A stretch of DNA of 64,000 nucleotides from a virus: positions 8,587 to 72,586 of IMG/VR virus record IMGVR_UViG_3300010376_000033; one strand, given 5' to 3'. Positions 16,831 to 27,059 of the stretch are shown one piece after another. Numbering within the stretch: the first letter of the stretch is position 1; each line of letters begins with the position of its first letter. Position numbers and translations under genes: made by a program. The notes beneath the pieces were generated by a model that saw only the letters and a program-made list of their open reading frames with translations, searched no databases and had not been told where the DNA came from.

Positions 16831-18456
16831 GTGAAAACAGAACTAAGCCTGCGCGGCAAGCGTGTCCATGTCAAAACCCATTATGCGCCGGTTCTGGTCG
16901 AGCGCTTCCGGGCCATTCCCGGCCGGCTCTGGCATGCCGAGGACAAAACCTGGTCGTTTCCCCTGGTCCGGGATGTCCTGTGCATGGTCTGCGACGTGCT
17001 GGGGCTGCTGCCCCTGTTCTTGCCCGCTGAATTGCGCGCTGTAATGGGACCATCGCCTCAATCAATGCTGCGCCGGATCGAGAGCGATGGGGTCTCGGTG
17101 GACAACTGGCACTTCCGCACCCAGCCGTACGCGCATCAGCGTCGCAACCTGGAAACCTTGCTCAATTACCGGCGCTGGCTCTTGGCCGATGAGATGGGCA
17201 CCGGCAAGTCCTTCGTCATCGCCTGCCGTCTAACTAGCTGCTTTGGGCCAGCCTTGATCCTCTGCCCCAAGAGTGTCATGCCGGGTTGGCTGGACCAGCT
17301 GTACCGGCATGCCGGGATCGTCGGCTACCTGGACAAGGATGTCAAACTCCATGAGACGTATTCGCCCTTGATCGTCAACTACGAGAAGATTCGCGATTGC
17401 ACGGATCTCAATAGCTTGCATTTTCGCACCGTGGTTTTCGATGAGATTCACCGGCTCAAGAGCTTCACCAGCAAGACCGCCAAGGTGTGCCGCTTTCTGT
17501 CCGAGCGCGCCGAGTGGGTCTATGGCCTGTCGGGGACGCCGGCGCCCAACGGTCTGGAAGACTGGTTCGGCGTCTTGTCGGCCCTCGATCCGCACCTCTT
17601 GCCCGTCAAGACCAAAGGCGACTTTGAAAGCCGCTATTGCCTGATGGGCACCTTGCCGGACTCGAACATCCGCGTCGTTCGCGGCTACCGCAACGTCGAA
17701 GAATTGCACGGCTATATCAACGCGGTGACCTCGCGCGTGACCAAGGCGGAATGTCTCGATCTGCCCGATAAGGTAATCAGCCCGCGCTATGTCTCTCTGC
17801 ACGGCGAGCAGGCGCGCGTCTATTACGGCATCCGCAAGGAAGCGGTGGCCACCATCCGGTCGTTGCGTGCCGAGGGCAAGCTGACCGTCAAGAACGCCTT
17901 GACGGAAGGACTGCGGCTGGCCCAGATCACGGGCGGTTTCGTTCCCGACGACACGGGGGCCATGCATGCCTTGCCCGAGAAGGCCAAGGCGGAGGCGCTG
18001 TGGGAGATCCTCGAAGACCTGGAGGGCAAGCAAGTGGTTATCTGGTGTGCCTTTGTTGCCGAAGTCCACTGGATCGCCGAACAATTGCGGACTATGTTGC
18101 CGCCGCGCACGGTGAGCGTGTTGACGGGGAGCGTGCTGTCGGCCCAAGAGCGCCAAGAGCAAATCGAGCGCTTCACGACGGGGCAAGCGCAATACTTCAT
18201 CGGCACAGCGGCGACCGGCGGCGTCGGCATCAACGGCCTGGAGGTTTGCGATACGGAGGTCTACTACTCCCGTACCTGGTCGCTGACCGACTGGTTACAA
18301 TCGCAGGACCGCTTGCACCGGATTGGTCAGAAAAACAAGGTCACGATCATCCCGATCATCGCCACGAACACCATTGACGAGCGCATCGACCTGGCGCTCG
18401 AACGCAAACAAGACTTGCAAGAGATGATGCTGACTCGACCCGAACTCATTTTTTAA
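16831..18456 (+). CDS. SNF2-family helicase
   Basis: LADEMGTGKS, VVFDEIH, LSGTPAPN, GGVGINGL, QSQDRLHRIGQ. Confidence 0.95.
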   Translation: MKTELSLRGKRVHVKTHYAPVLVERFRAIPGRLWHAEDKTWSFPLVRDVLCMVCDVLGLLPLFLPAELRAVMGPSPQSMLRRIESDGVSVDNWHFRTQPYAHQRRNLETLLNYRRWLLADEMGTGKSFVIACRLTSCFGPALILCPKSVMPGWLDQLYRHAGIVGYLDKDVKLHETYSPLIVNYEKIRDCTDLNSLHFRTVVFDEIHRLKSFTSKTAKVCRFLSERAEWVYGLSGTPAPNGLEDWFGVLSALDPHLLPVKTKGDFESRYCLMGTLPDSNIRVVRGYRNVEELHGYINAVTSRVTKAECLDLPDKVISPRYVSLHGEQARVYYGIRKEAVATIRSLRAEGKLTVKNALTEGLRLAQITGGFVPDDTGAMHALPEKAKAEALWEILEDLEGKQVVIWCAFVAEVHWIAEQLRTMLPPRTVSVLTGSVLSAQERQEQIERFTTGQAQYFIGTAATGGVGINGLEVCDTEVYYSRTWSLTDWLQSQDRLHRIGQKNKVTIIPIIATNTIDERIDLALERKQDLQEMMLTRPELIF

Positions 18457-18477
18457 CCCCTACGCAAGGAGACGATC

Positions 18478-19263
18478 ATGGCCGATGCCAAAGACGACGC
18501 CAACATCCAGGAAGTGTCCAGCCTGGAAGTGCAGAGCCGCTACTCGAAAGCCGCCGAGCTATTCGACAAGCGCGTGTCCGGACCGCGCGAGAGCCCGCAG
18601 AAATTGGCTTTTATCAAAATCAACCATCGGGAGGCGAAATTCATCCTGCCGACCGGCGAGCAGGTGGAGGAGGTCTGCGGTTTTCCGATCTATTACTTCC
18701 GCACCCGCCGCTACTACAAGAAGCCGCCCATGCCGGGCGCCAAGGGGCAGCCCCCGGATTGCTGTTCCCAGGACATGATCGTCCCCCATGATTCGTCCAT
18801 TGAAAAGCAGGCCGAGCGCTGCGAGATTTGCCCGATGGCGCAATTCGGCACCGGCCGCGACGGCCGCAGCCCGGCCTGCGGCACGTTTACCTGGCTGTTT
18901 TTGGCCAACACGGCCTTCAAGCCGCTGCCGGTGGCCGCCCTCCAGGCACCGCCGTCAAGTCTGCGTGTCCTCCTGGGCACACGCTTTCAACAGGGCTATC
19001 TCGGCATGCTCGAAGCACGCTTCAAGTATTATGAGATCGCCTGGACCAAGTTCCGCTTAAAGGCCCAGGGCGGCAGCGATCCCAACGGCGTCCAGTATTG
19101 CACGCTCGATCCCCAGCTAGTCCGCGCCCTGGCGGACTCGGACAAAGACCTGGACGTGGCCGAGCGCCTGACCGACCTGCGCGACCAATTCATAGCTAAG
19201 ATGAACGAGATTCGCCTGCGGCCAATGGTCGAAGAAGAGGAAGAGGAAAGTGTCAGCCCATGA
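18478..19263 (+). CDS. Putative ssDNA-binding or recombination protein
   Basis: PDCCS...CEICPMAQFGTG...ACG Zn motif and acidic C-terminal tail EEEEEE; replication context. Confidence 0.5.
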   Translation: MADAKDDANIQEVSSLEVQSRYSKAAELFDKRVSGPRESPQKLAFIKINHREAKFILPTGEQVEEVCGFPIYYFRTRRYYKKPPMPGAKGQPPDCCSQDMIVPHDSSIEKQAERCEICPMAQFGTGRDGRSPACGTFTWLFLANTAFKPLPVAALQAPPSSLRVLLGTRFQQGYLGMLEARFKYYEIAWTKFRLKAQGGSDPNGVQYCTLDPQLVRALADSDKDLDVAERLTDLRDQFIAKMNEIRLRPMVEEEEEESVSP

Positions 19264-19712
19264 CCACGAAAAGACGGTCTCTGGACGCCCTGTTTGGCCG
19301 GAGACCCGCTTGTCCACCAGAAGTCCTGCTGGCAGCGCAATCGTTCCTGCGCTGCCAGAAGGACCAGCAGGCCGCCAGGGCAGCCTTGACGGTTGCCAAC
19401 ACGTCCCTGCGTCGTGCCGAGGAGGAGCTATTACGCCAGCTCGATCAAGCGGGCCAGAAGACCGTCACGGTCGAAGGCGTGGAGTTGACCGCAGCGCAGA
19501 TAAGCCATTACCGGCTGGTGGCCAATGCCCTGGACGACAGGGAGGTCATGACCTGGCTATTGCGCCAGGGCGGCCATGATCTGGTGAAGCATACCGTTGA
19601 CGTCCATCTGTTTTCAGGCTTCTGCCGCCAGCTGGTCCTGGCCGGCAAGCCGATCCTCAACAAGGTGCGCCGGGTCATCCGGCGCTACATCCGCACCGGA
19701 GATGCGCTATGA
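19260..19712 (+). CDS. Hypothetical phage replication-module protein
   Basis: Coiled N-terminus then TVTVEGVELT...WLLRQGGHDLVKHTV; ATGA overlaps on both sides. Confidence 0.6.
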   Translation: MTTKRRSLDALFGRRPACPPEVLLAAQSFLRCQKDQQAARAALTVANTSLRRAEEELLRQLDQAGQKTVTVEGVELTAAQISHYRLVANALDDREVMTWLLRQGGHDLVKHTVDVHLFSGFCRQLVLAGKPILNKVRRVIRRYIRTGDAL

Positions 19713-20614
19713 GTCGGATCATCCGCATTGGCAATCTGGGGGCCGGCGTGCAAAGCACGACCCTCTACTTACTGGAGAAGGAAGGCAAGATCGAACCGTG
19801 CGAAGCCTGGATATTTGCCGACACGCAGGAAGAACCCAAGGCGGTTTACGATCATCTAGCGTGGCTAGAGGCCCAGGGCGGCACGCGCATTATCCGCACC
19901 GGGCGCAAGGTCTCTTTGGGCGACAATTTGTCCCGTGGCATGTATGCCAGAGGACAGCGGTTTGTCTCCGTTCCTGCTTACACTTCGGATACAGACCATA
20001 TCGAGCGCCAAGGCGAGCCGGCGGCGGGATGCAACTATGGCCAAGTGAGGCGGCAATGCACCAAGGAATACAAGATCGAGATGATCGAGAAGGCGATCCG
20101 CCAAGAAATCCTGGGCCTGAAACCGCGCCAGCGTTTCCCTCAGGACATTTCGGTTGTGCAGCTTTTCGGGTTGTCCGACGATGAGCCGCGTCGTATCCGG
20201 CGTGTCAAGGAGAATTTCCAAACACATCCCTGGGCACGACCGGCTTTCCCCTTGGCCGAAAGGGGCTGGACGCGCGCCATGTGCCAACGGTTCCTCGGCA
20301 AGCGCGTGCCGCATGAAGTGCCGCGCTCGGCCTGCACGTTTTGCCCCTATCGCTCCGCCATCGAATGGGAACATTTACAGCGCACCGATCCCGAGGGCTG
20401 GCAGCGCGCTGTCCAGATCGACAAAGCCTTGCGTATGCCTGGCAATGTCGTGAATCGCAAAATGGAGCAAAAAATGTATCTGCACCGTTCGTGCTTGCCC
20501 CTGGAGGTAATCGACTTCGCACGCTTGGCGGAGCTAGAGCGGCGCAAGAAGAAGGAACCCGATTTGTTCGATGCAAATGGTGGAGCTTGTGTAGACGGCA
20601 TGTGTGGTGTTTAG
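19709..20614 (+). CDS. PAPS-reductase-like adenine nucleotide alpha-hydrolase
   Basis: PP-loop-like NLGAGVQST, IFADTQEEP, CTKEYKI, PRSACTFCPY, C-terminal C.DGMCGV. Confidence 0.75.
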   Translation: MSRIIRIGNLGAGVQSTTLYLLEKEGKIEPCEAWIFADTQEEPKAVYDHLAWLEAQGGTRIIRTGRKVSLGDNLSRGMYARGQRFVSVPAYTSDTDHIERQGEPAAGCNYGQVRRQCTKEYKIEMIEKAIRQEILGLKPRQRFPQDISVVQLFGLSDDEPRRIRRVKENFQTHPWARPAFPLAERGWTRAMCQRFLGKRVPHEVPRSACTFCPYRSAIEWEHLQRTDPEGWQRAVQIDKALRMPGNVVNRKMEQKMYLHRSCLPLEVIDFARLAELERRKKKEPDLFDANGGACVDGMCGV

Positions 20615-20656
20615 CCGCACCACGGGTCCGCGTGTTACCTAGAGAGGAGATGCACC

Positions 20657-20851
20657 ATGAGCCGGATCATCATTGATTTAGTAAAGCGCACGGTCCAGGT
20701 CGAGAACCAGGGCCAGGTTCATACGGCGACTCTGATCGATGGCAAGTTGTTGCAAAAAGCGGAGCAGCTGCTCCGCGAGATCAACAACGACCCGTGGATG
20801 GGTTTTGCTCCCGACGACTCCGATCTTGACCGCAAGGAAGAAAAGAAGTAG
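20657..20851 (+). CDS. Hypothetical protein
   Basis: GAGGAG RBS. Confidence 0.55.
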   Translation: MSRIIIDLVKRTVQVENQGQVHTATLIDGKLLQKAEQLLREINNDPWMGFAPDDSDLDRKEEKK

Positions 20852-21052
20852 AAGAATCCTCCGCCCTGTCTCTTTGGCCGGAACAGCGCGGGGGCAGCAA
20901 CACGAAGATCGACGCTCAACGTGCGCTTTCTGGGGCCGTTTGTGGTCCCCGTGTCCTCTTGCTTTCTCGATCGGGCAAGGTGGACGGCCAACGGGGACTA
21001 CAAACGGCCTTGCTTTTTCCTCGCCGCCTTCTCTGGCGACGCAGAGGCGATC

Positions 21053-23032
21053 ATGACGAACGCGGAGATCGTTCCTGTCTACCGGGCTGCTTTGGAATAC
21101 GTCCAGGGAGGGCTCAGCGTCTTGCCCATCCGCTGCGACGGCTCGAAGGCACCGGCCTTGACGGCCTGGGACTTCTTGAAGACGCGGTTACCGAGCCGGC
21201 AGGAGTTACACAGCTGGTTTAGCCCCAATGGCGTGGGCATTGCCGTTGTCGCCGGCACGGCCAGTGGTAAGCTGGCCATAATGGATATTGAATATCCGGA
21301 CTTCGCCGCCCTGTGGTGCGAGCTAGTGGAGACCGAATGCCCCGGACTCATTGACCAATTACCGCAGGTGTTGACGCCCGGCAAATCCGGCCAGCCCGGC
21401 AAGCATTTTTATTTTCGAGCGCCCGAGACTGTCAGCACGCAGAAATTGGCCAAGCTGTCTGCCCTTGAAGCGGACAAACGGACAGGCGATAAAAACAAGA
21501 CAACGGCCATCGAGGTCAAGGGCGAGGGCGGTTATTGCCTGGCGCCGGGCTGTCCGGAAAAATGCCATGAATCCGGTCGCAAATACGTCCACGTCGGCGG
21601 TCCTTTTCTGGAGGAAACGCCGGTCCTGTCCGCCGATCAGGTGGCGGTCCTGTTGTCCTGCGCGCGGGCGCTTGACAACACCGAGCCGCAGCGGACGGAA
21701 GATTATGTGGGCCGCGACCGCTGTGCTAGTGATGTAGACCGCCCGGGCGATGTTTTTAACCGCCGCGGGGACTGGCTCGACATTCTCGGGCCGCACGGCT
21801 GGGTCGTGGCCCGGAGCCGGGGCAACGTCCTCTACCTGCGCCGGCCCGGCAAGGACAAAGGCATCAGTGCCACGGTGGGCTACTGTATAAGTGACAAGGC
21901 CGGTGATCTACTCTGTGTGTTTTCGACCAACGCCGAACCTTTAGGGATCGCCGACGGTCGGGACCATCAGTGTTACTCGAAGTTCGCTGCCTACGCGCTC
22001 CTGGAGCATGACGGCAACTTCCGGGCGGCGGCCAAGCAGCTGGCCGAGAAGGGCTACGGCTTCGACATCGGCCTGTCGGCGGCCGAGCGCTTCGCCATCG
22101 AGCAAGCCGAGGACATCAAGGACGTGAACGATGCGACGGCTTGGGAGGATTTGCGTCAGAAGGTGGCCCGGCGCTCCGTCGATAAGGCTTGGGACCTCCA
22201 GGGCGATGAGATCGATCTTGTGGTAGAAGCGGCCAAAAAGAATCGCGTTACAACCGATCCGAAGTTGTTGGCCGAGGAGGCGCACCGGGACATCGACGTG
22301 TCGTTTGGCACGCCCGAAGAACCGCCGGCGGCGACCAACGCCAGCGCCGCGACGAAAATGAAGCCGTGGAAACTGATCGTGATTGAGAGCGTGCCGCCGG
22401 AGTATCTGTTGCGCGCTCCGTACTGGTCGGCGCAGCCCAAGGTCCAAACCCAGGGCGGGTTTATCCGGTTAACCGTGAAGCAGTTAGCGGTCTGGACCGG
22501 ACTGCGCGATCAGGCGTTGGCTCAGGCGGACGTGCGCTTGCCCGACAAGATTCACGGCTGGGCCCGGATTCTGCAACGTCTACTCGACCGCGCTGACCAT
22601 CAGGTGGCACCGGCCGACACACGGCGACCGCATGCGGTTTTGGAATTTCTCTGGGAGAAGCTGCGCAGTGCCCATGACATCCGCGTCGATGAAAATGGTA
22701 AATTTCGCTTTGGACCGGGCTCGCCTTTACGGCTGCCGGATGGTAGAATAACGGTGAAGCTCACTTGGCTATTGCAACGAGGACTAGAACATCCCGATGT
22801 TTTCGACAAGAAAGAGCTTGTGGAAGCAATGGAATCCGTGGGCATGCAAGTTCAAGTGCATGGACCCAAGGATAAGCGCGTCCGTTTATGGACGGCAACC
22901 GCCGTGGACTTCGCCAACTTGCAAGCCACGCTTCTCGATCATTTACCCCATCATGACCTCGATCCGGCACCTTCTGAGCCAACGGACGATCTGGACGACT
23001 GTTCAGATGTCGAAAGCTCAGACTCATCGTAA
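21053..23032 (+). CDS. Bifunctional DNA primase/polymerase (Prim-Pol) domain replication protein
   Basis: LSVLPIRCDGSKAP, GIAVVAG...LAIMDIE, TPGK..GKHFYF, GEGGYCLAPG. Confidence 0.88.
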   Translation: MTNAEIVPVYRAALEYVQGGLSVLPIRCDGSKAPALTAWDFLKTRLPSRQELHSWFSPNGVGIAVVAGTASGKLAIMDIEYPDFAALWCELVETECPGLIDQLPQVLTPGKSGQPGKHFYFRAPETVSTQKLAKLSALEADKRTGDKNKTTAIEVKGEGGYCLAPGCPEKCHESGRKYVHVGGPFLEETPVLSADQVAVLLSCARALDNTEPQRTEDYVGRDRCASDVDRPGDVFNRRGDWLDILGPHGWVVARSRGNVLYLRRPGKDKGISATVGYCISDKAGDLLCVFSTNAEPLGIADGRDHQCYSKFAAYALLEHDGNFRAAAKQLAEKGYGFDIGLSAAERFAIEQAEDIKDVNDATAWEDLRQKVARRSVDKAWDLQGDEIDLVVEAAKKNRVTTDPKLLAEEAHRDIDVSFGTPEEPPAATNASAATKMKPWKLIVIESVPPEYLLRAPYWSAQPKVQTQGGFIRLTVKQLAVWTGLRDQALAQADVRLPDKIHGWARILQRLLDRADHQVAPADTRRPHAVLEFLWEKLRSAHDIRVDENGKFRFGPGSPLRLPDGRITVKLTWLLQRGLEHPDVFDKKELVEAMESVGMQVQVHGPKDKRVRLWTATAVDFANLQATLLDHLPHHDLDPAPSEPTDDLDDCSDVESSDSS

Positions 23033-23033
23033 G

Positions 23034-23283
23034 GTGTGCGCGGTGTGCGCGAGTGTGCGCGCGATTTTTGCCGACGCGCACACCGGCATCTCTTTACTGC
23101 AATTCGACTTACGTTAAAAGTGTGCGCGTGTGCGCGTGGTCAACAACATTTTTTTGAAATGAAAAATGAAATTGAAAAGCGCGCACACGCGCACACAGTC
23201 GCCATAAGTCCTTGCTGTATATAGTATAGCTGGTGTGCGCGGAGGCCAAAAAAGCGCGCACGCGCGGCGCACACCGCGCACAC
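23034..23283. repeat. Array of 11 GTGTGCGC octamers as nested inverted repeats around an AT-rich core; candidate replication origin
   Basis: Forward copies at 23034, 23043, 23053, 23120, 23128, 23233; reverse copies at 23076, 23181, 23189, 23267, 23276. Confidence 0.8.
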
Positions 23284-23333
23284 TTTTTATACCAAATTAG
23301 TATCTTGTCGGGCTTTTTGCACGAGGAGGACGG

Positions 23334-25001
23334 ATGACTCAGGCAGCGCGAATTATTGGCATTCCGGGAGCAGGGAAGACGACGCGGGCGATCGATATTA
23401 TCGCCAAGGTACGCGATCGCGGCTTCTCCCTCCAGGAGGTCGGCTTTTGCAGTTTTACCCGGGCCGCCCGCCGCGAAGCCGCGCAGCGGGCCTGTGAAAC
23501 GTTTGGCGTGCCCCTAGAATCGCTCGAACGCGAAGGATGGTTCCGTACTATCCATTCGGCCTGTGCGCGTCTCCTGCGCCTTCCTAGGGGCTGTATCGTC
23601 AATTTCGATCTCGACTGGCTGCGCGACGCTCTGCACGACCGCGACTTGGATGTCGTTCACGATGAAGAGGAAGACGATCTCTGGGTCAGCGCCTGGAAAG
23701 GGAAAGGGCCAACACGGCTCGCCTTGACGCTCTGGGACGTGGCCCGCAATCGGCTCTGCCCCCTGTTACCCGTTTACGAAGAAGCGCAGAGCCAGCTTAT
23801 CAAGGGAGCCTGGGACTTTCCGGATTACGATGAGGTCCTTCAGGTCATCCGCGATTACGAATGGGCCAAGAAGCGTGACGACCGTCTCGACTTTAGTGAT
23901 ATTCTGCTGCGCTATGCCGGCCTGGCGATGACGGCAGAAGGTCCCGACAAGACCGACCCGCAGGGCGAAATCCCGCCCGTGCCAGTGTGGATTTTCGACG
24001 AAGCCCAGGACACCTCGCCCTTATTGGATAAGGCCGCACGCCGCCTTAGCGACGGCTGTTACTGGCTCTATTTGTTTGGCGACCGTGAACAAGGGATTTA
24101 TGGCTTTGGCGGAGCGAACCCCAATTCCTTCATGACTTGGCCGGTGGCGCACGAAGAATACCTTTATAAGACATGGCGCTGCGCCCGCGCCATCATTGAT
24201 TTGGGTTTGGAGCTGATTTTGCGCTCGGACGATCTAACCAAGGAGCTGCGCCAGCTGGCTGTTGAGGCACGCTGTCCGGGCGGCACGATCAAAGATGACC
24301 ACGAAGAGAGCCTTTGTGAGCATGTCGATGACGCTGCCAAATCAACGCTGATTATGGCCAGGACCAATGCGCAGCTCAAGGAGATTCACGGCCGCTTAAC
24401 GGACGAGCGTATTCCCTGGCGCTCGGTCAAAACGGGTGCGCGCTGGCCCCTGTTAACGACCCTCAAGCTGGCCCAGGCCCTGGCGAATCTCCAAGAAGGC
24501 AAAAGCATCGACGGCGAGGCGTTCCGCCGCATCGTCCACGGCATTCCTGCGCAATGGCTGGACCGTGGCACCAAGCAGTTTTATAAGCGGGCCGAATCCG
24601 TTCTCGAGGTGAAAGATTGCTGCCTGGCCAGCGCCGTGGCCCACGGCTGCACACCAGCCTTGGTGACTCGGATCGCGACGGGAGCTTGGGCGCGCCCCGA
24701 GACGGGCGTTATCAAGCAGGAGACCGCGGAGGCGTACCAAGCGCAAAAGCGCTGGGGAACAGCGGTTGTCGCCAATCCGCCGGTGCAGGTGTCTACCATT
24801 CATGGCTCCAAGGGGCTCCAGGCGGATAAAGTCGTCCTCTTGACACGGATCAATGAGACCATTCGCCGCCATCTGCTCAGTGACGAAGGCGGCAATGAAG
24901 AGCGCCGCGTCTGGTATGTCGGGGCCACACGAGCCCGCGATGAATTGGTTCTGCTGGCCGGTCGCCGGCCCAACTATGAGGAAATCTATGACTGCCTTTA
25001 A
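23334..25001 (+). CDS. UvrD/Rep-like superfamily 1 helicase
   Basis: GIPGAGKT, IFDEAQD, FGDREQGIYGF, STIHGSKGLQAD, EERRVWYVGATRAR. Confidence 0.93.
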   Translation: MTQAARIIGIPGAGKTTRAIDIIAKVRDRGFSLQEVGFCSFTRAARREAAQRACETFGVPLESLEREGWFRTIHSACARLLRLPRGCIVNFDLDWLRDALHDRDLDVVHDEEEDDLWVSAWKGKGPTRLALTLWDVARNRLCPLLPVYEEAQSQLIKGAWDFPDYDEVLQVIRDYEWAKKRDDRLDFSDILLRYAGLAMTAEGPDKTDPQGEIPPVPVWIFDEAQDTSPLLDKAARRLSDGCYWLYLFGDREQGIYGFGGANPNSFMTWPVAHEEYLYKTWRCARAIIDLGLELILRSDDLTKELRQLAVEARCPGGTIKDDHEESLCEHVDDAAKSTLIMARTNAQLKEIHGRLTDERIPWRSVKTGARWPLLTTLKLAQALANLQEGKSIDGEAFRRIVHGIPAQWLDRGTKQFYKRAESVLEVKDCCLASAVAHGCTPALVTRIATGAWARPETGVIKQETAEAYQAQKRWGTAVVANPPVQVSTIHGSKGLQADKVVLLTRINETIRRHLLSDEGGNEERRVWYVGATRARDELVLLAGRRPNYEEIYDCL

Positions 25002-25464
25002 CCCGGAAAAATGCTGCTTCTGCCCGCAGGCTTTTGCCAACTGGGACGCCCTGGTCGAGCATCTGCGCCAGCACCATGCGCGGAGCCGGAAAGAAGCCAG
25101 AGCCAAGCAAGGCTTAGCCTTTTATGTCGTGAAAGGTCGCAGCCTGGTCGTCTGCGTCTGTGGGCAGTCCTTCACGCGCGATGAGTCCTGCTTGCCCATC
25201 CAGAAACATACCAACGACTGGAAGGCCCATGTCCGCCGCGAGGGCGGCCTGGTGGCGCACTTCGACAAGCTACGCTGGCAGCAGCTTTTAGACTTCTTGC
25301 AGGCGGACAAGAACGCGCAGAGCGCGGACGACTGGCTCGATGCCCTGGCCACGGTCGGGCTGGTCACGCCCAAGCGGGATAGTCTCTATCGGCTAATCCA
25401 ACAAGCGGCCTGGGACATCAAACTCGACCAGCTTGATGTGGACGGAATCTGCCTGCCTGAGTAG
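24988..25464 (+). CDS. Hypothetical protein with C2H2-like Zn finger
   Basis: CCFCPQAFANWDALVEHLRQHH; CVCG...H. Confidence 0.6.
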   Translation: MTAFNPEKCCFCPQAFANWDALVEHLRQHHARSRKEARAKQGLAFYVVKGRSLVVCVCGQSFTRDESCLPIQKHTNDWKAHVRREGGLVAHFDKLRWQQLLDFLQADKNAQSADDWLDALATVGLVTPKRDSLYRLIQQAAWDIKLDQLDVDGICLPE

Positions 25465-25506
25465 ACTTGAGCCGATTCGCCGACTTCGGGCTCAAGGGAA
25501 GAACGC

Positions 25507-26550
25507 GTGGCGCTCGAGTATTGGGATGGCTTTGACGATTACTTGGCGACGCAGATCGTGCGCTATTTCACTGCCGTCTACACGGGTGTCGGCTCGACCG
25601 TGCAGACCTCGGCCAATAACGTTAGCAACGTCGCGGGGGCCTATGGCGGCCAGGCCATCCTGACCAGCTCGGGAGCGCCCGGCCTAGCACCCAAGGGCGG
25701 CAACCAGGTGACGCGCACGGTCGGCGCCCGCTACCAGACCACGGGCGTCATTAGCTCCAGCGTCGGCCTGACTACCTGGGTCGATGGCACCACCATTCAG
25801 GTCAGCATCGTCGTCAATGCCAACGGCACGATCTCCTGCTACAAGGGCTCGACCTTCGGCACGTTGTTGGGAACCAGCGCGCAGGTGCTGTCGGCCGGGG
25901 CCTGGTACTACATCGAGACGAGCGTTACCATCAATAGCTCGACCGGCAGCATCAAGGTCAATGTCGCCGGTGCCAATTGGCTCAACATCACGGGCGTCAA
26001 CACCAATAACTCCGGCAATAACTGGACGAACCTCGTGTGCTTGGGCTCGATGGGCGCCGGCGGCAATATTATCATCGACGACCTTTACATCCGCTCCGAC
26101 GGCACCCTGATGGGCGATCAGCGCGTTCAGACCATCTATCCCAACGGCGTCGGGGCCATGGCGCAATTCACCCGCGGCGGCTCGACCATCAATGCGCAAA
26201 ACTACCAGCAGGTCAACGAAGCCACACCCGACGACGATACGACCTACGTGTATACGCCCGTTGCCGGAATCGGCAACGTGGACACCTACACCTATCCCGC
26301 CATCGCCACCACGACGGGCACGGTCGCCGGCGTCATGGTCTGCCCGATGATGAAAAACGACGCCGGCGGCGTGGTCAGCGGCCAGGCCGTGTACCGGATC
26401 GGCACGACCAATTACTTCGGGGCCACCAGCTCCCTGGGCGCCAGCTACCTGGGCTATCCCGACCTGTCCACCGTGAACCCGGCCACGTCCCTGGCCTGGA
26501 CGATTAGCGATGTCAACAGTGCGCAGTTTGGCATTACGCGGACTGCCTGA
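25507..26550 (+). CDS. Putative virion structural protein (beta-rich, lectin/fibre-like)
   Basis: T/G/N/S/V-rich; WYYIET...GSIKVNV...IDDLYIR resembles a concanavalin-like beta sandwich. Confidence 0.55.
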   Translation: MALEYWDGFDDYLATQIVRYFTAVYTGVGSTVQTSANNVSNVAGAYGGQAILTSSGAPGLAPKGGNQVTRTVGARYQTTGVISSSVGLTTWVDGTTIQVSIVVNANGTISCYKGSTFGTLLGTSAQVLSAGAWYYIETSVTINSSTGSIKVNVAGANWLNITGVNTNNSGNNWTNLVCLGSMGAGGNIIIDDLYIRSDGTLMGDQRVQTIYPNGVGAMAQFTRGGSTINAQNYQQVNEATPDDDTTYVYTPVAGIGNVDTYTYPAIATTTGTVAGVMVCPMMKNDAGGVVSGQAVYRIGTTNYFGATSSLGASYLGYPDLSTVNPATSLAWTISDVNSAQFGITRTA

Positions 26551-26564
26551 GAGGAGAGGGGCCA

Positions 26565-27035
26565 ATGGCCATTACGCGCAAATGGGTTTATCAGGCCAGC
26601 GCCATCACGGTGGCCAGCACGGAATTGAACGGCCTGGCTGCCGGCGGCCTAAACGTAGCGTCCACGAACCAGAACAACACCCAGGGGCAAGCCAACCTGG
26701 ATGGCTATACTCGCGCCCTATTTCTCATGAACTTGGCCTTGACCACGGGCAACTATGCTGCCAATTCCACCCTGGACGTGTGGCTGCTGCGTGAGGTGCC
26801 CATGACCTCAGGCACCTTTGAAGATGGCTCGTCGTCGGTAACACCAGCCCGGCCGCCGGACTTTAGCTTTGCCCTCCAGGCGTCCTCGGCGGCGCAAAAA
26901 CAGGCCCAAGATGTCCGCCTGCCGCCCGGCACCTTCGGCATCCTCTTCCGCAACAACCAAAGCACGGGCACGCAGGCGCTGGCCGCCACCGGCAACACCA
27001 TTACGATGGTCGCCTATACCGACTCTGGCGTTTAG
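26565..27035 (+). CDS. Putative structural protein
   Basis: GGAGAGG RBS; T/A/N-rich beta-type composition. Confidence 0.5.
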   Translation: MAITRKWVYQASAITVASTELNGLAAGGLNVASTNQNNTQGQANLDGYTRALFLMNLALTTGNYAANSTLDVWLLREVPMTSGTFEDGSSSVTPARPPDFSFALQASSAAQKQAQDVRLPPGTFGILFRNNQSTGTQALAATGNTITMVAYTDSGV

Positions 27036-27059
27036 TGAGACCACTGAGGAGAGAACTTC

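Noticed and set aside
20921-21052. N-terminal extension of the primase ORF, and similar upstream extensions at 3402, 9872, 33801, 36306, 54470 and 59211
   Set aside because: Downstream starts have a better RBS or stop-start coupling; the extensions overlap intergenic or upstream coding sequence.
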